A program made the position numbers and the translations under genes. A stretch of DNA of 64,000 nucleotides, from the NCBI GenBank assembly GCA_029881495.1, contig JAOUMJ010000013.1, positions 3,954-67,953 of the forward strand, written 5' to 3'. The DNA is from Nitrospinota bacterium (lineage in GTDB: Bacteria; Nitrospinota_A; UBA7883; JACRGQ01). This document shows, one piece after another, positions 49,742 to 60,107 of this stretch; positions within the stretch are counted from its first letter, which is position 1, and each line of letters begins with the position of its first letter. The notes below the pieces were generated by a model. That model was not told the DNA's origin and did no database searches. It saw only the letters and a list, made by a program, of their open reading frames with translations.

Positions 49742-51079
49742 ATGATAGCCGAAGGAAGCGTAAGCGTTTCCAGCCTGAATATGAGGTTTTCTCCGGGAGG
49801 GCCGGTTATCAAACTCCTCCCGCTTGGTACGGAGCTGGAAATACTGGCGCGGGAGGGTTCATGGTTTTACGTTCGGGCAAGCGGGCTCACAGGCTTTGTC
49901 GGTTCGAAGTATATCAATGTAAAGCGGCAGGAGAATAAACAGCCTGACACCCATGTTGAGGTTGTTAAACGTTCTGGAAACGTAAATATAGATCTCCTGA
50001 ATATGAGGATGAGTCCGGGCGGGGAGATAATCTCAAGGCTTCCGAGAAATACCACTGTAAACATCCTTGAGGATGAGGGGAGCTGGCTGAAGGTGCAGGC
50101 GAATGGACTCACCGGTTACGTTACAGAGGAATATATTACTCTTGAAAAACTTACCACACTCCCTCCGCCACAGAAGAAGGAGGATGTAGCCGGTTTCAAA
50201 TACGAGGACGAAAGGGCTTACGCTCCGGATGGCACCAAATTCGGCAAGAAATACAAGCTTGGTATATATAATGCCGGTTCCACCTCAATTGCGGAATTTA
50301 TCCAGAAAAACAAGTCGAGGTTCAAAAATATCTCACAATCTCTACTGAACGTCATGAAAGCGGTTTCCGAAAATGAGGGGAAATTCGAGTCGATTAATAC
50401 ATGGGACAACTGTTTTCTTTCCGCCGGCGTTTTCCAGTGGACCACCGGGCCAGGAAGTGAAGCTGGTGAGCTTGCAGCCGTACTTGAAAAACTCAAAGAA
50501 AGGTTTCCCGACTCATATGAAAAATATTTTGGCAGGTACGGGCTTGTTCCGGAAGGGGTGCGGTACAGGGAAGGGGCCACACCAGTAGGATATTTCAAAA
50601 TTGGCGGGGTGCTACTTGGAGATTCAACACAGAAAAATACCTTGCGTTCGCTTCCGTGGGCATACCGTTTTTGGCTGGCGGGGCATGACGACGATATGCG
50701 TGAGATACAGACACTCCATGCCGCCAGCAGAATTGATCTGTTTTACAAGCAGGATAAAAAGAAAATCGGGGAATTCCATGTATGCGATTACATAACTTCA
50801 GAATACGGCGTTGCCTTGTTGCTAGACCAGCATGTAAACAGGCCGGGACATGTCCCTCGCATTTTGGGTGACGCGGTAAATGAGTTGTCCGGCAAACTTG
50901 ATATAAAAAATCCGCAAAAATGGAAAGACGATGATGAGAGAATGTTGATAGAAAAATACCTGGAACTCCGCACCAAGACGAGCATGACACATCCGACACA
51001 TCGTGCGGAAACTGTTTTCAAACAGGTAAAAGCTGGGGTCATCTCCGACAAAAGGGGTACGTTCAAACTTTCTGTATAA
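49742..51079 (+). CDS. Two-SH3b-domain cell-wall hydrolase-like protein (putative endolysin, lytic-transglycosylase-like C-domain)
   Basis: Two bacterial SH3-like repeats (LNMRFSPGG...GSWFYVRASGLTGFV and LNMRMSPGG...GSWLKVQANGLTGYV). The C-terminal domain has an E-N-E-G ... SAGVFQWT pattern reminiscent of the GH23 E-S ... GLMQ signature. It lies immediately after the holin-like gene. Confidence 0.5.
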   Translation: MIAEGSVSVSSLNMRFSPGGPVIKLLPLGTELEILAREGSWFYVRASGLTGFVGSKYINVKRQENKQPDTHVEVVKRSGNVNIDLLNMRMSPGGEIISRLPRNTTVNILEDEGSWLKVQANGLTGYVTEEYITLEKLTTLPPPQKKEDVAGFKYEDERAYAPDGTKFGKKYKLGIYNAGSTSIAEFIQKNKSRFKNISQSLLNVMKAVSENEGKFESINTWDNCFLSAGVFQWTTGPGSEAGELAAVLEKLKERFPDSYEKYFGRYGLVPEGVRYREGATPVGYFKIGGVLLGDSTQKNTLRSLPWAYRFWLAGHDDDMREIQTLHAASRIDLFYKQDKKKIGEFHVCDYITSEYGVALLLDQHVNRPGHVPRILGDAVNELSGKLDIKNPQKWKDDDERMLIEKYLELRTKTSMTHPTHRAETVFKQVKAGVISDKRGTFKLSV

Positions 51080-51172
51080 CGCTGTTCCTGTACAGCATCG
51101 TTTTCGCAATTCTGCCTCGATGAGGTATTCTTTAAGTGAGTATAACGTTTAGCTGAAACAAGGTATTTTACC

Positions 51173-51883
51173 ATGCAAAAGATACTTTACCGGTCTCACA
51201 CAAGAGGCTACGCGGATCATGGATGGCTAAGGAGTTATCACACTTTCAGCTTTGCCGATTACCATAACCCCGAGAGGATGGGATTTGGCCTCCTCAGAGT
51301 ATTCAACGATGATGTGATCGAACCGGCACAAGGTTTTGGAATGCACTCCCACAGGAACATGGAAATTGTTTCGGTCCCTATCAGCGGTGAACTTAGGCAC
51401 GAAGACAGCATGGGCAACAGATATGTAATCAAGAAAAATGAAATTCAGAAGATGTCCGCCGGTTCTGGCGTCATGCATTCTGAATACAATAATTCTGAAA
51501 CGGAGCCGGCAAACTTTTTGCAAATATGGATTTTGGCCAAAGATATGAATATAGAACCGTTTTACGGGCAAAAGTCCTTTGAAGAATCTGAAAAGGCCAA
51601 CCGCTTGCAGATTGTCGCCTCGCCGGATGAAAGGGAAGGGTCGATTTGGATGAACCAGAATTCATTTCTTTCTCTTGCCAATCTGGACGCCGGGATGCCG
51701 CTGGAATACAAGATGATGCGCCCCGGGAATGGTGTTTTTGCATTCGTGATCTCAGGGGAGTCCGAAATCGACGGTGAAAGGGTCGGCCCGAGAGACGCAA
51801 TAGGGATTCTGGAAACTGAAACAATCCGTATCACGGCAAAGGAAGATTCCGAGTTCCTTTTCATAGAAGTTCCGATGAAGTGA
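51173..51883 (+). CDS. Pirin-family cupin protein
   Basis: FGMHSHRNMEIVSVPISGE metal-binding His region and a two-cupin length. Confidence 0.75.
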   Translation: MQKILYRSHTRGYADHGWLRSYHTFSFADYHNPERMGFGLLRVFNDDVIEPAQGFGMHSHRNMEIVSVPISGELRHEDSMGNRYVIKKNEIQKMSAGSGVMHSEYNNSETEPANFLQIWILAKDMNIEPFYGQKSFEESEKANRLQIVASPDEREGSIWMNQNSFLSLANLDAGMPLEYKMMRPGNGVFAFVISGESEIDGERVGPRDAIGILETETIRITAKEDSEFLFIEVPMK

Positions 51884-51905
51884 CGTTCCTGGTACGAGGT
51901 CAAAG

Positions 51906-52220
51906 TCAGTTCACAACCTTATGTGCAGCCACTTTCGGATGGCGGTGAACCTTCTCCATTGCCATCCGTACCGACGAATCGATTTCCTCGTCTGAAAGTG
52001 ATGTCGGCTTGCCTATATGATGGATTACCGCATTTTCGTACCGTGGCGGAAGATAGTTTAGAGCAAGGCAGAATATGTTATCCAGACACTGTCCGCAAAT
52101 GCAGAGACCGGGCAATGTCTTCCAAAGTTCCCTAATTTTTGCAATTACTCTGTTTTCATTTTCATTGATGCTCCTTTCGCGGAATTCATGATGTCGAATT
52201 ATCTCTTCACCCTTGCTCAT
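51906..52220 (-). CDS. ComFB-like (late competence development) protein
   Basis: CICGQCLDNIFCLALNYLPPRY matches the ComFB cysteine motif followed by the LPPRY block. Confidence 0.45.
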   Translation of the reverse strand: MSKGEEIIRHHEFRERSINENENRVIAKIRELWKTLPGLCICGQCLDNIFCLALNYLPPRYENAVIHHIGKPTSLSDEEIDSSVRMAMEKVHRHPKVAAHKVVN

Positions 52221-52237
52221 AACTACCTCCTGTTTTG

Positions 52238-53635
52238 CTACTTCGCCACTTTAAAATTGTTTGTGAACCTGAGAAAGGTATACCCAAGCGTACCGGAAAT
52301 CAGCGAACCGAAAAGGATTCCCAGTTTTGCATATGCAAGGTATTCCGGCATTCCTCTGTAAGCGAGACCAGCTATGAACATCGACATGGTAAAACCCATT
52401 CCGGCAAGGAATGCGCCTCCGAGGGCATGGCGCATCGTCATTTTTGAAGGGAGTTTGGCGATGCCGAGCTTTACCGAAATAAGTATAGAAAGAAGAACGC
52501 CGAAAAATTTTCCAACTATCAGACCGAAGAATACCCCAAGCGTAATGCCGCTGGAAAATCCGTTACCGATCGATTCCGGATCGATAATAATTCCGGCATT
52601 CGTGAATGCGAAGATCGGCATCACTACAAACGCCACAGGAAAAGTCAAATCGTAGTGGAGCCGATGCAACGGAGACTCCATCAGATACGCGTGGTTTTTA
52701 AGCATCTGAAGGAACGAGTGCCTTTTGATAGCCTGTTCCTCCCCGGTTGGCGGGACAGGCAGTTTATCTATGTCATCCTTGATTTCCATTATCCGGTTTG
52801 AAAGTTCGCCGATGTACTGAAGGAAATAAAACGGGTTGCTCTTGGGCTTCGACGGTATGGTAAAAGCAATAATAACGCCAGCCATTGTTGCATGTATGCC
52901 GGACTTGAGCATTGCGAACCAGAGGAAGGCGCCGAATGCTAGGTATGGGAGATAATTCCTTATGCCGATAAGATTGAAGGCTATCAGGAGGACTAGTATG
53001 ACCGCACCTTTTGCGAGGTAGGCAAATGAAATCTCCTTTGCGTAAAAGATGGCGATTATCATGATCGCCCCCAGGTCGTCAACCACAGCGAGAGTAATCA
53101 GGAAAATGTAAAAAGACTTCGGGATCCTCTCCCCTAGGAGAGCGAGCACACCGATAACAAATGCGATATCGGTTGCTACGGGAATTGCCCAGCCCCTGTT
53201 GGCGGGAGCGTCCGAATTGAGTGTTGAAAAAATAATTGCCGGAAAGGCGATTCCGCCAAGCGCGGCAAAAACGGGGAGTGCCGCTTTGCGGGGGGATGAA
53301 AGTTCTCCGAAAAGGATCTCGCGTTTTATTTCAAGACCGACCATGAGGAAAAATATCCCCATCAGACCGTCGGAAACCCAGAGTTGCAACGTCTCTTTCA
53401 TTTCCCAAGTGCCGACCTGGTAATGTATGTCCACATTAACGACTTGAAGATACAGCTCCGATAGCGGAGAATTCACGGCGATTATCGCAATGGTTGTGAA
53501 TATGAAAAGGACTATGCCGCTTGCTTTCTTTTGGTGAATGAACGCTTCAACAGGCGTACGGATATTATAGAACGCCCGTTCAAAAGGAGCGTTGAACCTT
53601 CTCTCCCTGCCGGGAACCGAGGATGTAACCGTCAT
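52238..53635 (-). CDS. nhaA: Na+/H+ antiporter NhaA
   Basis: Polytopic, with NhaA-specific segments (FFLMVGLEIKREILFGEL, AVVDDLGAIMIIAIFY). Confidence 0.85.
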   Translation of the reverse strand: MTVTSSVPGRERRFNAPFERAFYNIRTPVEAFIHQKKASGIVLFIFTTIAIIAVNSPLSELYLQVVNVDIHYQVGTWEMKETLQLWVSDGLMGIFFLMVGLEIKREILFGELSSPRKAALPVFAALGGIAFPAIIFSTLNSDAPANRGWAIPVATDIAFVIGVLALLGERIPKSFYIFLITLAVVDDLGAIMIIAIFYAKEISFAYLAKGAVILVLLIAFNLIGIRNYLPYLAFGAFLWFAMLKSGIHATMAGVIIAFTIPSKPKSNPFYFLQYIGELSNRIMEIKDDIDKLPVPPTGEEQAIKRHSFLQMLKNHAYLMESPLHRLHYDLTFPVAFVVMPIFAFTNAGIIIDPESIGNGFSSGITLGVFFGLIVGKFFGVLLSILISVKLGIAKLPSKMTMRHALGGAFLAGMGFTMSMFIAGLAYRGMPEYLAYAKLGILFGSLISGTLGYTFLRFTNNFKVAK

Positions 53636-53875
53636 GGTATCATCCGCCTTCCGGTAAAGCCCTTGTTTACGAGGATCGATAATCTTGATTTGCCGCAGAA
53701 CCTTGATGTTTCTACGGGTGCGGGCTAACCATTTTTATCGAAAATATCAGCTGTTTGCCTCGTTCAGAACAAAAACCTTTCTCTAATTATTTTACACTTT
53801 TTAAAGTTTTTGTGTAAGACAGATGAATTTTTCTGAACTGTTTGAACTGTAATATCGCAGGGGGTTTAAAAAGAT

Positions 53876-53950
53876 GAAGCGGGGTTTCCATCACTTTTTA
53901 GTGACCATGGAGGCCTCTATTTTCTTAATATTATTAAGGAACCCCGCTTC
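53876..53950. other. Nested inverted repeats in the nhaA/cupin intergenic region
   Basis: GAAGCGGGGTT (53876-53886) pairs with AACCCCGCTTC (53940-53950), an 11-bp perfect stem. Inside are the palindromes TCACTttttAGTGA and TTAATATTATTAA. Confidence 0.3.
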
Positions 53951-54162
53951 TCTAGTGATAAGCCTACAAAAGTATTTTCCGTTTTAATAGTCTGGTAATA
54001 TAAAAAAAATAATAGTAAACTGATTTGAAATTTATATTTTATAGATGGATCCGTAAATCCCAGGGGCGGGGAGAATAAATCCTGTTTTCCCTATCCGGCT
54101 TGGCAAATCCATCAGTCTGCATATTGGCCCAATATACAACCTGTACAATCAAGGAGCAAAAA

Positions 54163-54462
54163 GTGGAAAAGATCAATCTCAACAAGAGAGCGGAATTTAA
54201 TACGGAGTTCAGACCCCAGATACTAAAGGTAGGCGCCAACTATAAAACCCCCCTAATATGCATGAATCCGGGCCAGGAGATACCGCCGCATCCAAGCGGG
54301 ACAGGGGTTTTCTATTTTGTAAGCGGAAAAGGGGTAATGACCATCGATGGAGTTGCTCACGAAGTTGGCGCGGGTGATATGGTTTTTGTGGAAAAAGGGG
54401 AGAGCAGGGGAATTCTTGCCTTGGATCCGCTTACCGCATTTGCCGTACATATTACTGAATAG
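54163..54462 (+). CDS. Cupin-domain protein
   Basis: GTG start after an AAGGAG RBS. Cupin motifs PPHPSGTGVFYFVSG and GDMVFV. Confidence 0.6.
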   Translation: MEKINLNKRAEFNTEFRPQILKVGANYKTPLICMNPGQEIPPHPSGTGVFYFVSGKGVMTIDGVAHEVGAGDMVFVEKGESRGILALDPLTAFAVHITE

Positions 54463-54688
54463 ATTTCACTCTTTATAATTCAATCTCATAGCATCATAGT
54501 ATAATGTGGAATGACACATTACGAAAAGCATGGTTAACCTGCTGATTTTTAAGAAATGAGAGTTCGTTGAGGAAAAATGAAGTCATTTTGTGATAAATTC
54601 TGTTTTGATGATAAATGATTTTGACAATTTTTGTTATTATATCTAATCTTTAGAACATAACAGAAACTCTATTTTTCGGGGGCGTTTT

Positions 54689-56383
54689 TTGAACGATTTG
54701 GCATCAATAGCTACGAAGTTTATCGAAAACTCCCATGATGGCTTCATCGTAGCCGATAAAACCGGAACGATTCTATTCGTTAACGGATCATTCTCCGAAA
54801 TAACCGGCTATTCCGTGGATGAGGTGCTCGGTAAAAATCCGCGAATTCTGAAGTCTGGCAAGCACGACCAGGAATTTTATAAAAATATGTGGGGTAGCAT
54901 AAATACAGACGGCTTCTGGAGTGGAGAAATATGGAACAAACGGAAGAATGGAGAAATCTATCCCCAGAGAGTGTCAATAAACATGGTGAAGGATTCTCAA
55001 AAAGCGCCCGGCATTTACTACGTAGCGATTTTTCACGATATCACCGAGTCGAAGAAGAGCGAGGACGAGTTTCGCCACAGGGCTTATCATGACCGTCTGA
55101 CGGGGCTTCCAAACCGCCATCTGTTCTATGACAGGCTGAACCAGGCGATAGGGAGGGCGAGCCGTAATAAGAGCACATGCGCCGCGCTTTTCATAGATCT
55201 CGACAATTTCAAATACATCAACGATTCATTCGGGCACGATGTAGGCGATCTCCTGCTGAAGGAGATCGCGAACAGGCTCAAGCAGTGCGCGCGTGATGTT
55301 GATACCGTTTCTCGTATTGGCGGTGATGAATTTACGATCATCCTGGACACCCTGACAGACAAGGAAGAATCGGCCATAGTGGCAAAGAGGGTCTTGGCAT
55401 CAATTTCGAAGGAACTCGGCATACACGAACAGGAACTGTATATCACCGTCAGCATCGGTATTGCCATATATCCTGAAAACGGCAAGGATGCCGCCGAGCT
55501 TGTGAAGAACGCCGATACAGCTATGTATCACGCTAAGGAGAAGGGTAAAAACGCCTATTTCTATTTTACCGACGCCCTGAACGTAAAGGCAAAAAAGAGG
55601 ATGGAACTGGAGATAAATCTCCGCAAGGCGATAAACGAGCGGAAGCTGATCGCTTTCTACCAGCCGAAGCTCAATATAAATACCGGCAAGATAGTCGGCA
55701 TGGAGGCCCTGTCGAGGTGGCCTATGGCGGATGGCAAATTCCTCTCCCCTGCGGAGTACATACCGGTTGCAGAGCAGACCGGCATGGTGATCGATATGGA
55801 CAGTCTGATGTTCGAGAAATCGTGCGAATTCACAAAAAGGCTGAAGGAGTATATCCCTTCAGAGAACGGCTTTAAGGTTTCGGTAAACCTTTCAAGCCTC
55901 AATTTTGAATCAAAGGGGCTTTCCGCAAGTATTTTCAATATTATCAAAAAATACGGCCTTAGCCCGAAGGATGTGGAGCTGGAAGTTACAGAGACGCTGA
56001 TAATACGGAACATCGAATCGACGATCCAAATACTCAATTCGCTTGATTCAAAAGGGCTGAAAATTTCGATAGACGATTTCGGCACGGGCTATTCATCACT
56101 AAGTTATCTGACGCAATTTCCGTTCAGCACTCTAAAAATTGATCAATCCTTCGTCCACAATCTGGCAACAGATGCGAACTCGCGAACGATAGCAACAGCG
56201 ATCATTTCCATTGCCAAAGGTTTGAACGTGGAGGTCATCGCGGAAGGGGTCGAGAACAAGGAACAGCTAGACATCCTTCTTGAAATGGGGTGCGACCAGA
56301 TACAGGGTTACCTTTTCAGCCGTCCCCTCCCCGAAGAAGAAATGGTTGCGCTGATGAAAGAGAACAAAACATATTTCCTATAA
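54689..56383 (+). CDS. PAS-GGDEF-EAL signalling protein (c-di-GMP turnover)
   Basis: N-terminal PAS domain, RIGGDEF GGDEF motif, and an EAL domain with GMEALSRW and DDFGTGYSSL. TTG start. Confidence 0.85.
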   Translation: MNDLASIATKFIENSHDGFIVADKTGTILFVNGSFSEITGYSVDEVLGKNPRILKSGKHDQEFYKNMWGSINTDGFWSGEIWNKRKNGEIYPQRVSINMVKDSQKAPGIYYVAIFHDITESKKSEDEFRHRAYHDRLTGLPNRHLFYDRLNQAIGRASRNKSTCAALFIDLDNFKYINDSFGHDVGDLLLKEIANRLKQCARDVDTVSRIGGDEFTIILDTLTDKEESAIVAKRVLASISKELGIHEQELYITVSIGIAIYPENGKDAAELVKNADTAMYHAKEKGKNAYFYFTDALNVKAKKRMELEINLRKAINERKLIAFYQPKLNINTGKIVGMEALSRWPMADGKFLSPAEYIPVAEQTGMVIDMDSLMFEKSCEFTKRLKEYIPSENGFKVSVNLSSLNFESKGLSASIFNIIKKYGLSPKDVELEVTETLIIRNIESTIQILNSLDSKGLKISIDDFGTGYSSLSYLTQFPFSTLKIDQSFVHNLATDANSRTIATAIISIAKGLNVEVIAEGVENKEQLDILLEMGCDQIQGYLFSRPLPEEEMVALMKENKTYFL

Positions 56384-56436
56384 GCAATATCCCTTATTCC
56401 ACTTTCGCATTTCAGGTATGATCTGGGGCGGTCATC

Positions 56437-57696
56437 ATGACTGAAGAACCTATTCATATTGAGGCCCTGAAGTCGGTTCCGCCTCCGTCTGAAAAGCGGA
56501 TTTCAATACAGGTAACCGCTTCGGCGCAGAGGCATGTTCGTAGCGGGCATCCTTGGCTGTTTGAAAACTCCATAACAAAACAGGGGAGGGAAGGGGCGCC
56601 GGGCGACCTGGCTGTAATATACGACAGAAACAACAAGTTCCTCGCTGTTGGGCTATACGATCCACTCTCCCTTATACGTGTGCGAATCCTTCAGCATAGA
56701 AAAAGCGCCGATATAAACCTGGCCTGGTATCTGGCAAAGCTCTGCGAAGCCGCGGAGATCCGCAAACCGCTTTCCGCCGGAAATACGGATGGTTATCGTC
56801 TGGCGCATGGCGAGAACGACTCCCTTCCGGGATTGATAATTGACAGGTACGCCGAAACGGCGGTTGTGAAGATTTACACACCCTCATGGGTTCCGCATCT
56901 TTCCGATGTGGTATCGGCGCTTATTGAGGTAATACCGGTTCGGCGCGTGGTTTTGCGAATGAACCGGATCACAAAGAATGAAAAAAAATATCTTTACGGT
57001 CTTGCCGACGGAGGGGTGGTATATGGTCCGCCGCTGGAGGGCCCTGTAGTATTCAGGGAAAATGGGATCCTTTTTGAATCCGATCCTGTGAATGGACAGA
57101 AAACAGGCTTCTTCCTTGATCAGCGGGAGAACCGGGAACGTGTGGAGAAGCTGGCAAAGGACAAAACAGTTCTGAATGTATTCTCATATACCGGCGGGTT
57201 TTCACTATACGCGTCGAGGGGAGGGGCGAAGTCGGTTACGAGCGTCGATGTATCAAAGCCGGCGATTGAGGCAGGAAAGCGGAATTTCGAACTGAACAAG
57301 GGGGATGATCGAATCGCAAGGACTCCTCAGGAGTATATCGCCGAAGACGCATTTAAGGCGATGGAACGTATGCGTAATGAGAAAAGGTTCTTCGACATGG
57401 TAATAATAGACCCTCCTGCCCTTGCAAAGAGCGAGGGGGAGGTGGCCGGGGCGCTTATCGCATACGCCAGGCTTGTTAAGCTGGGATTGAGCCTGTTGCG
57501 AAGGGGGGGGGTGCTTGTTATGGCTTCCTGTTCAAGCCGGGTAAAGGGAAGCGAGTTTTACCAGACGGTTTTCAAAACAGCCGCAAACTCCGAAAGACCG
57601 CTTGAAGAGATAGAACGTACACAACATCCGGTTGACCACCCGATAGGTTTTCCAGAAGGGGCGTACCTGAAATGTCTCTTCGCGGTCGCAAAATAG
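56437..57696 (+). CDS. rlmI: 23S rRNA (cytosine-C5)-methyltransferase RlmI-like (PUA + class I MTase)
   Basis: VLNVFSYTGGFSLYA SAM motif and DMVIIDPP motif IV, with an N-terminal PUA-like region. Confidence 0.65.
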   Translation: MTEEPIHIEALKSVPPPSEKRISIQVTASAQRHVRSGHPWLFENSITKQGREGAPGDLAVIYDRNNKFLAVGLYDPLSLIRVRILQHRKSADINLAWYLAKLCEAAEIRKPLSAGNTDGYRLAHGENDSLPGLIIDRYAETAVVKIYTPSWVPHLSDVVSALIEVIPVRRVVLRMNRITKNEKKYLYGLADGGVVYGPPLEGPVVFRENGILFESDPVNGQKTGFFLDQRENRERVEKLAKDKTVLNVFSYTGGFSLYASRGGAKSVTSVDVSKPAIEAGKRNFELNKGDDRIARTPQEYIAEDAFKAMERMRNEKRFFDMVIIDPPALAKSEGEVAGALIAYARLVKLGLSLLRRGGVLVMASCSSRVKGSEFYQTVFKTAANSERPLEEIERTQHPVDHPIGFPEGAYLKCLFAVAK

Positions 57697-57824
57697 AAAA
57701 GCCTGAACTATGTGATGGCTTTTGATTCTGCGGGAAGTGAAGTTTTTGCCACAAGAGATACGTCATCCAGCGAAAAAAGGTCGCATGAATCCGCTCTTGG
57801 GGCAGAAGAATATTTCTTGAAAAG

Positions 57825-58625
57825 TTAATGGACCCTTTGGGCTAGAAGGATTTGAGTCTTGCCGTAGAGCTTCCCGTTTTTCGACTTTTTCCTGGATAGG
57901 TATTTGTCAAGTTTCCATAAAATCTTGTTTGGCAGGACGCGTCTGAGAAAACTGCTCCTTGATAGCTGATGCGAGTTCACTACTATATGCTCCATAGGGA
58001 CAAACCCGGCTTCCCGGACTATCTCCTTTAGTTCCCTCATTTTAAATTCGCATACATGGTTTCCCCAATTGTTGGCAAGTTTTACATTGCGCTCATGCTT
58101 GTCTTTGACTTCTTCCCATGAAGGCTCCTCGCATTTTAAATAATCGCCGTTAGGGGTGGTCAGGCAGATTATTCCGCCGGTCACAAGGTTTTCGCGTAGA
58201 TTGGCCAATGTCTTTACCGGGTATGCCATATGCTCTATCCCTTCCCCAAAAAAGATGCCAAAATATTTCTTCTCCGACACATGTGATGACGAATCGGCAT
58301 GTATGAAATTGAAATCCCCATGTGTTGCCTTGAGCTTTATGTAGTCGAAAAAATTCTTTTCATTGTCAAGGAAGTCCACTTTATACCCCTCTTCGGCAAA
58401 GAGAAGCCCCAGATTGCCGTTGCCGCAGGCAAAATCCGCAATAGGTATCTCCTTGTTGTCAGGAAGGTATTTTTTCATCAAATCAAATGAGGTATGAATT
58501 CGATGGCGAGTCAGGAACTTCTGGTTGGCGCCCCAACGCGGGCATAAGTACTGCTTTTTATCATCTTCCCTTATCAGGTTCAAGAGCGGATTGTTTTTGC
58601 AGGCTTCTTTTGGTGGTAATTTCAT
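57825..58625 (-). CDS. Class I SAM-dependent methyltransferase
   Basis: IADFACGNGNLGLLFAEEGYKVDFLD: glycine motif and acidic residue. Confidence 0.6.
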   Translation of the reverse strand: MKLPPKEACKNNPLLNLIREDDKKQYLCPRWGANQKFLTRHRIHTSFDLMKKYLPDNKEIPIADFACGNGNLGLLFAEEGYKVDFLDNEKNFFDYIKLKATHGDFNFIHADSSSHVSEKKYFGIFFGEGIEHMAYPVKTLANLRENLVTGGIICLTTPNGDYLKCEEPSWEEVKDKHERNVKLANNWGNHVCEFKMRELKEIVREAGFVPMEHIVVNSHQLSRSSFLRRVLPNKILWKLDKYLSRKKSKNGKLYGKTQILLAQRVH

Positions 58626-58753
58626 TGGTTAGTTAGTCTACCCATCGATCCAAAAGCCGTCAAGGCCAAAAAAATGGTACTTTTCGCATTATTTTCCCGA
58701 TGAGTTAAATCATTCTTTGTCACGCAAGACCAGACGACTGATATAATCACACA

Positions 58754-60049
58754 ATGCCGAAAAGGAAAAAACTGCTTAAAAAACTCGTGATCATTGGCGG
58801 GGGGTTCGGCGGTCTATACGCCGCGAAGAAGATGGGGCACGAGGAGTTCGAAATCACCCTCGTGGATAAAACGAATCATCACCTCTTCCAGCCGCTGCTA
58901 TACCAGGTGGCGACAGCGGCGCTATCCCCGGCGGACATCGGCACACCGATCAGGAAGATAATAAGCCATCAGGAAAATACGCTTGTTCTCATGAGCCGTG
59001 TCACGAAAATAGACAAGGTGAACCGCGAGATACATCTTCACAACCACTTGCCGATACCGTATGACTATCTGATCGTAGCCACAGGGGTTCGCCATTCCTA
59101 TTTCGGGCACGACGAATGGGAGAAATACGCGCCGGGGTTGAAGACGCTGAACGACGCTCTGACGATAAGGGACAAGCTCCTTTTCAATTTCGAAAAGGCT
59201 GAGCTTTGCGACCGCTATTCCGATGCCGAGAAGTACCTCAGCTTCATCGTAGTCGGCGGAGGGCCGACAGGCGTGGAGCTTGCCGGGGCGGTAGCGGAGA
59301 TAGCGAATCATACGATGATCCGAAACTTCAAAAGGATAGATCCGACAAGAACAAAGATATATCTTGTCGAAGCGGCTGAGAACCTTCTTCCGTCAATGCC
59401 GAAAAGGATGGGGAACAGGGCAAGAAAGGATCTTGAACATCTAGGGGTTGAAGTAATAACAGGCAAGGCGGTAACCGATATTAATTCAAACGGGGTGCAG
59501 GTCGGCGACAGATTCATAAAGGCAACGAACACCATATGGGCAGCGGGAACCGAGGCATCTTCCCTTCTTAAAACACTTGATGTGCCTCTTGATAAGGTAG
59601 GGCGCGTTATCGTGGAGCCGGATTTGAGCATACCTGGATACCCGGAGGTGTTTGTCATTGGAGATGCGGCCCATGTGAAAGGAACCGATGGAGTTCCGCT
59701 ACCGGCTGTCGCGCCGGTCGCAATGCAGGAGGCTGTCTACGTTACCAAACTGATCAAAAATAAACAGATAGGGAAACCCCACAAACGGTTTTCATATATA
59801 GACCTCGGAACAATGGCAACCATAGGGAGAAGCAGGGCGGTTGCGCAGATCAGGGGACTTTATTTTTCAGGAATCGTTGCATGGGCCATTTGGTCGGTTG
59901 TTCATCTCATGCATGTTATCCTTTACCGCAACAGGCTAAAGGTTTTAGGAGATTGGGTTCTCGGTTACATCACGGGCCATCGCGGCGCGCGTCTGATACG
60001 AAATCCTTCGGAAGAAGATTTCCGCGAAGAACTGAATAGGGATAAGTAA
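58754..60049 (+). CDS. ndh: Type II NADH dehydrogenase (NDH-2) / FAD-dependent pyridine nucleotide-disulfide oxidoreductase
   Basis: KLVIIGGGFGGLYAAKK and IVVGGGPTGVELAGA dinucleotide-binding motifs, and a C-terminal membrane-anchoring helix region. Confidence 0.75.
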   Translation: MPKRKKLLKKLVIIGGGFGGLYAAKKMGHEEFEITLVDKTNHHLFQPLLYQVATAALSPADIGTPIRKIISHQENTLVLMSRVTKIDKVNREIHLHNHLPIPYDYLIVATGVRHSYFGHDEWEKYAPGLKTLNDALTIRDKLLFNFEKAELCDRYSDAEKYLSFIVVGGGPTGVELAGAVAEIANHTMIRNFKRIDPTRTKIYLVEAAENLLPSMPKRMGNRARKDLEHLGVEVITGKAVTDINSNGVQVGDRFIKATNTIWAAGTEASSLLKTLDVPLDKVGRVIVEPDLSIPGYPEVFVIGDAAHVKGTDGVPLPAVAPVAMQEAVYVTKLIKNKQIGKPHKRFSYIDLGTMATIGRSRAVAQIRGLYFSGIVAWAIWSVVHLMHVILYRNRLKVLGDWVLGYITGHRGARLIRNPSEEDFREELNRDK

Positions 60050-60107
60050 ACTGGCCTCTCTTTTGTCAATCCATCAAAGGATGGGCTGAACGGTCACTGA
60101 AGAATTG

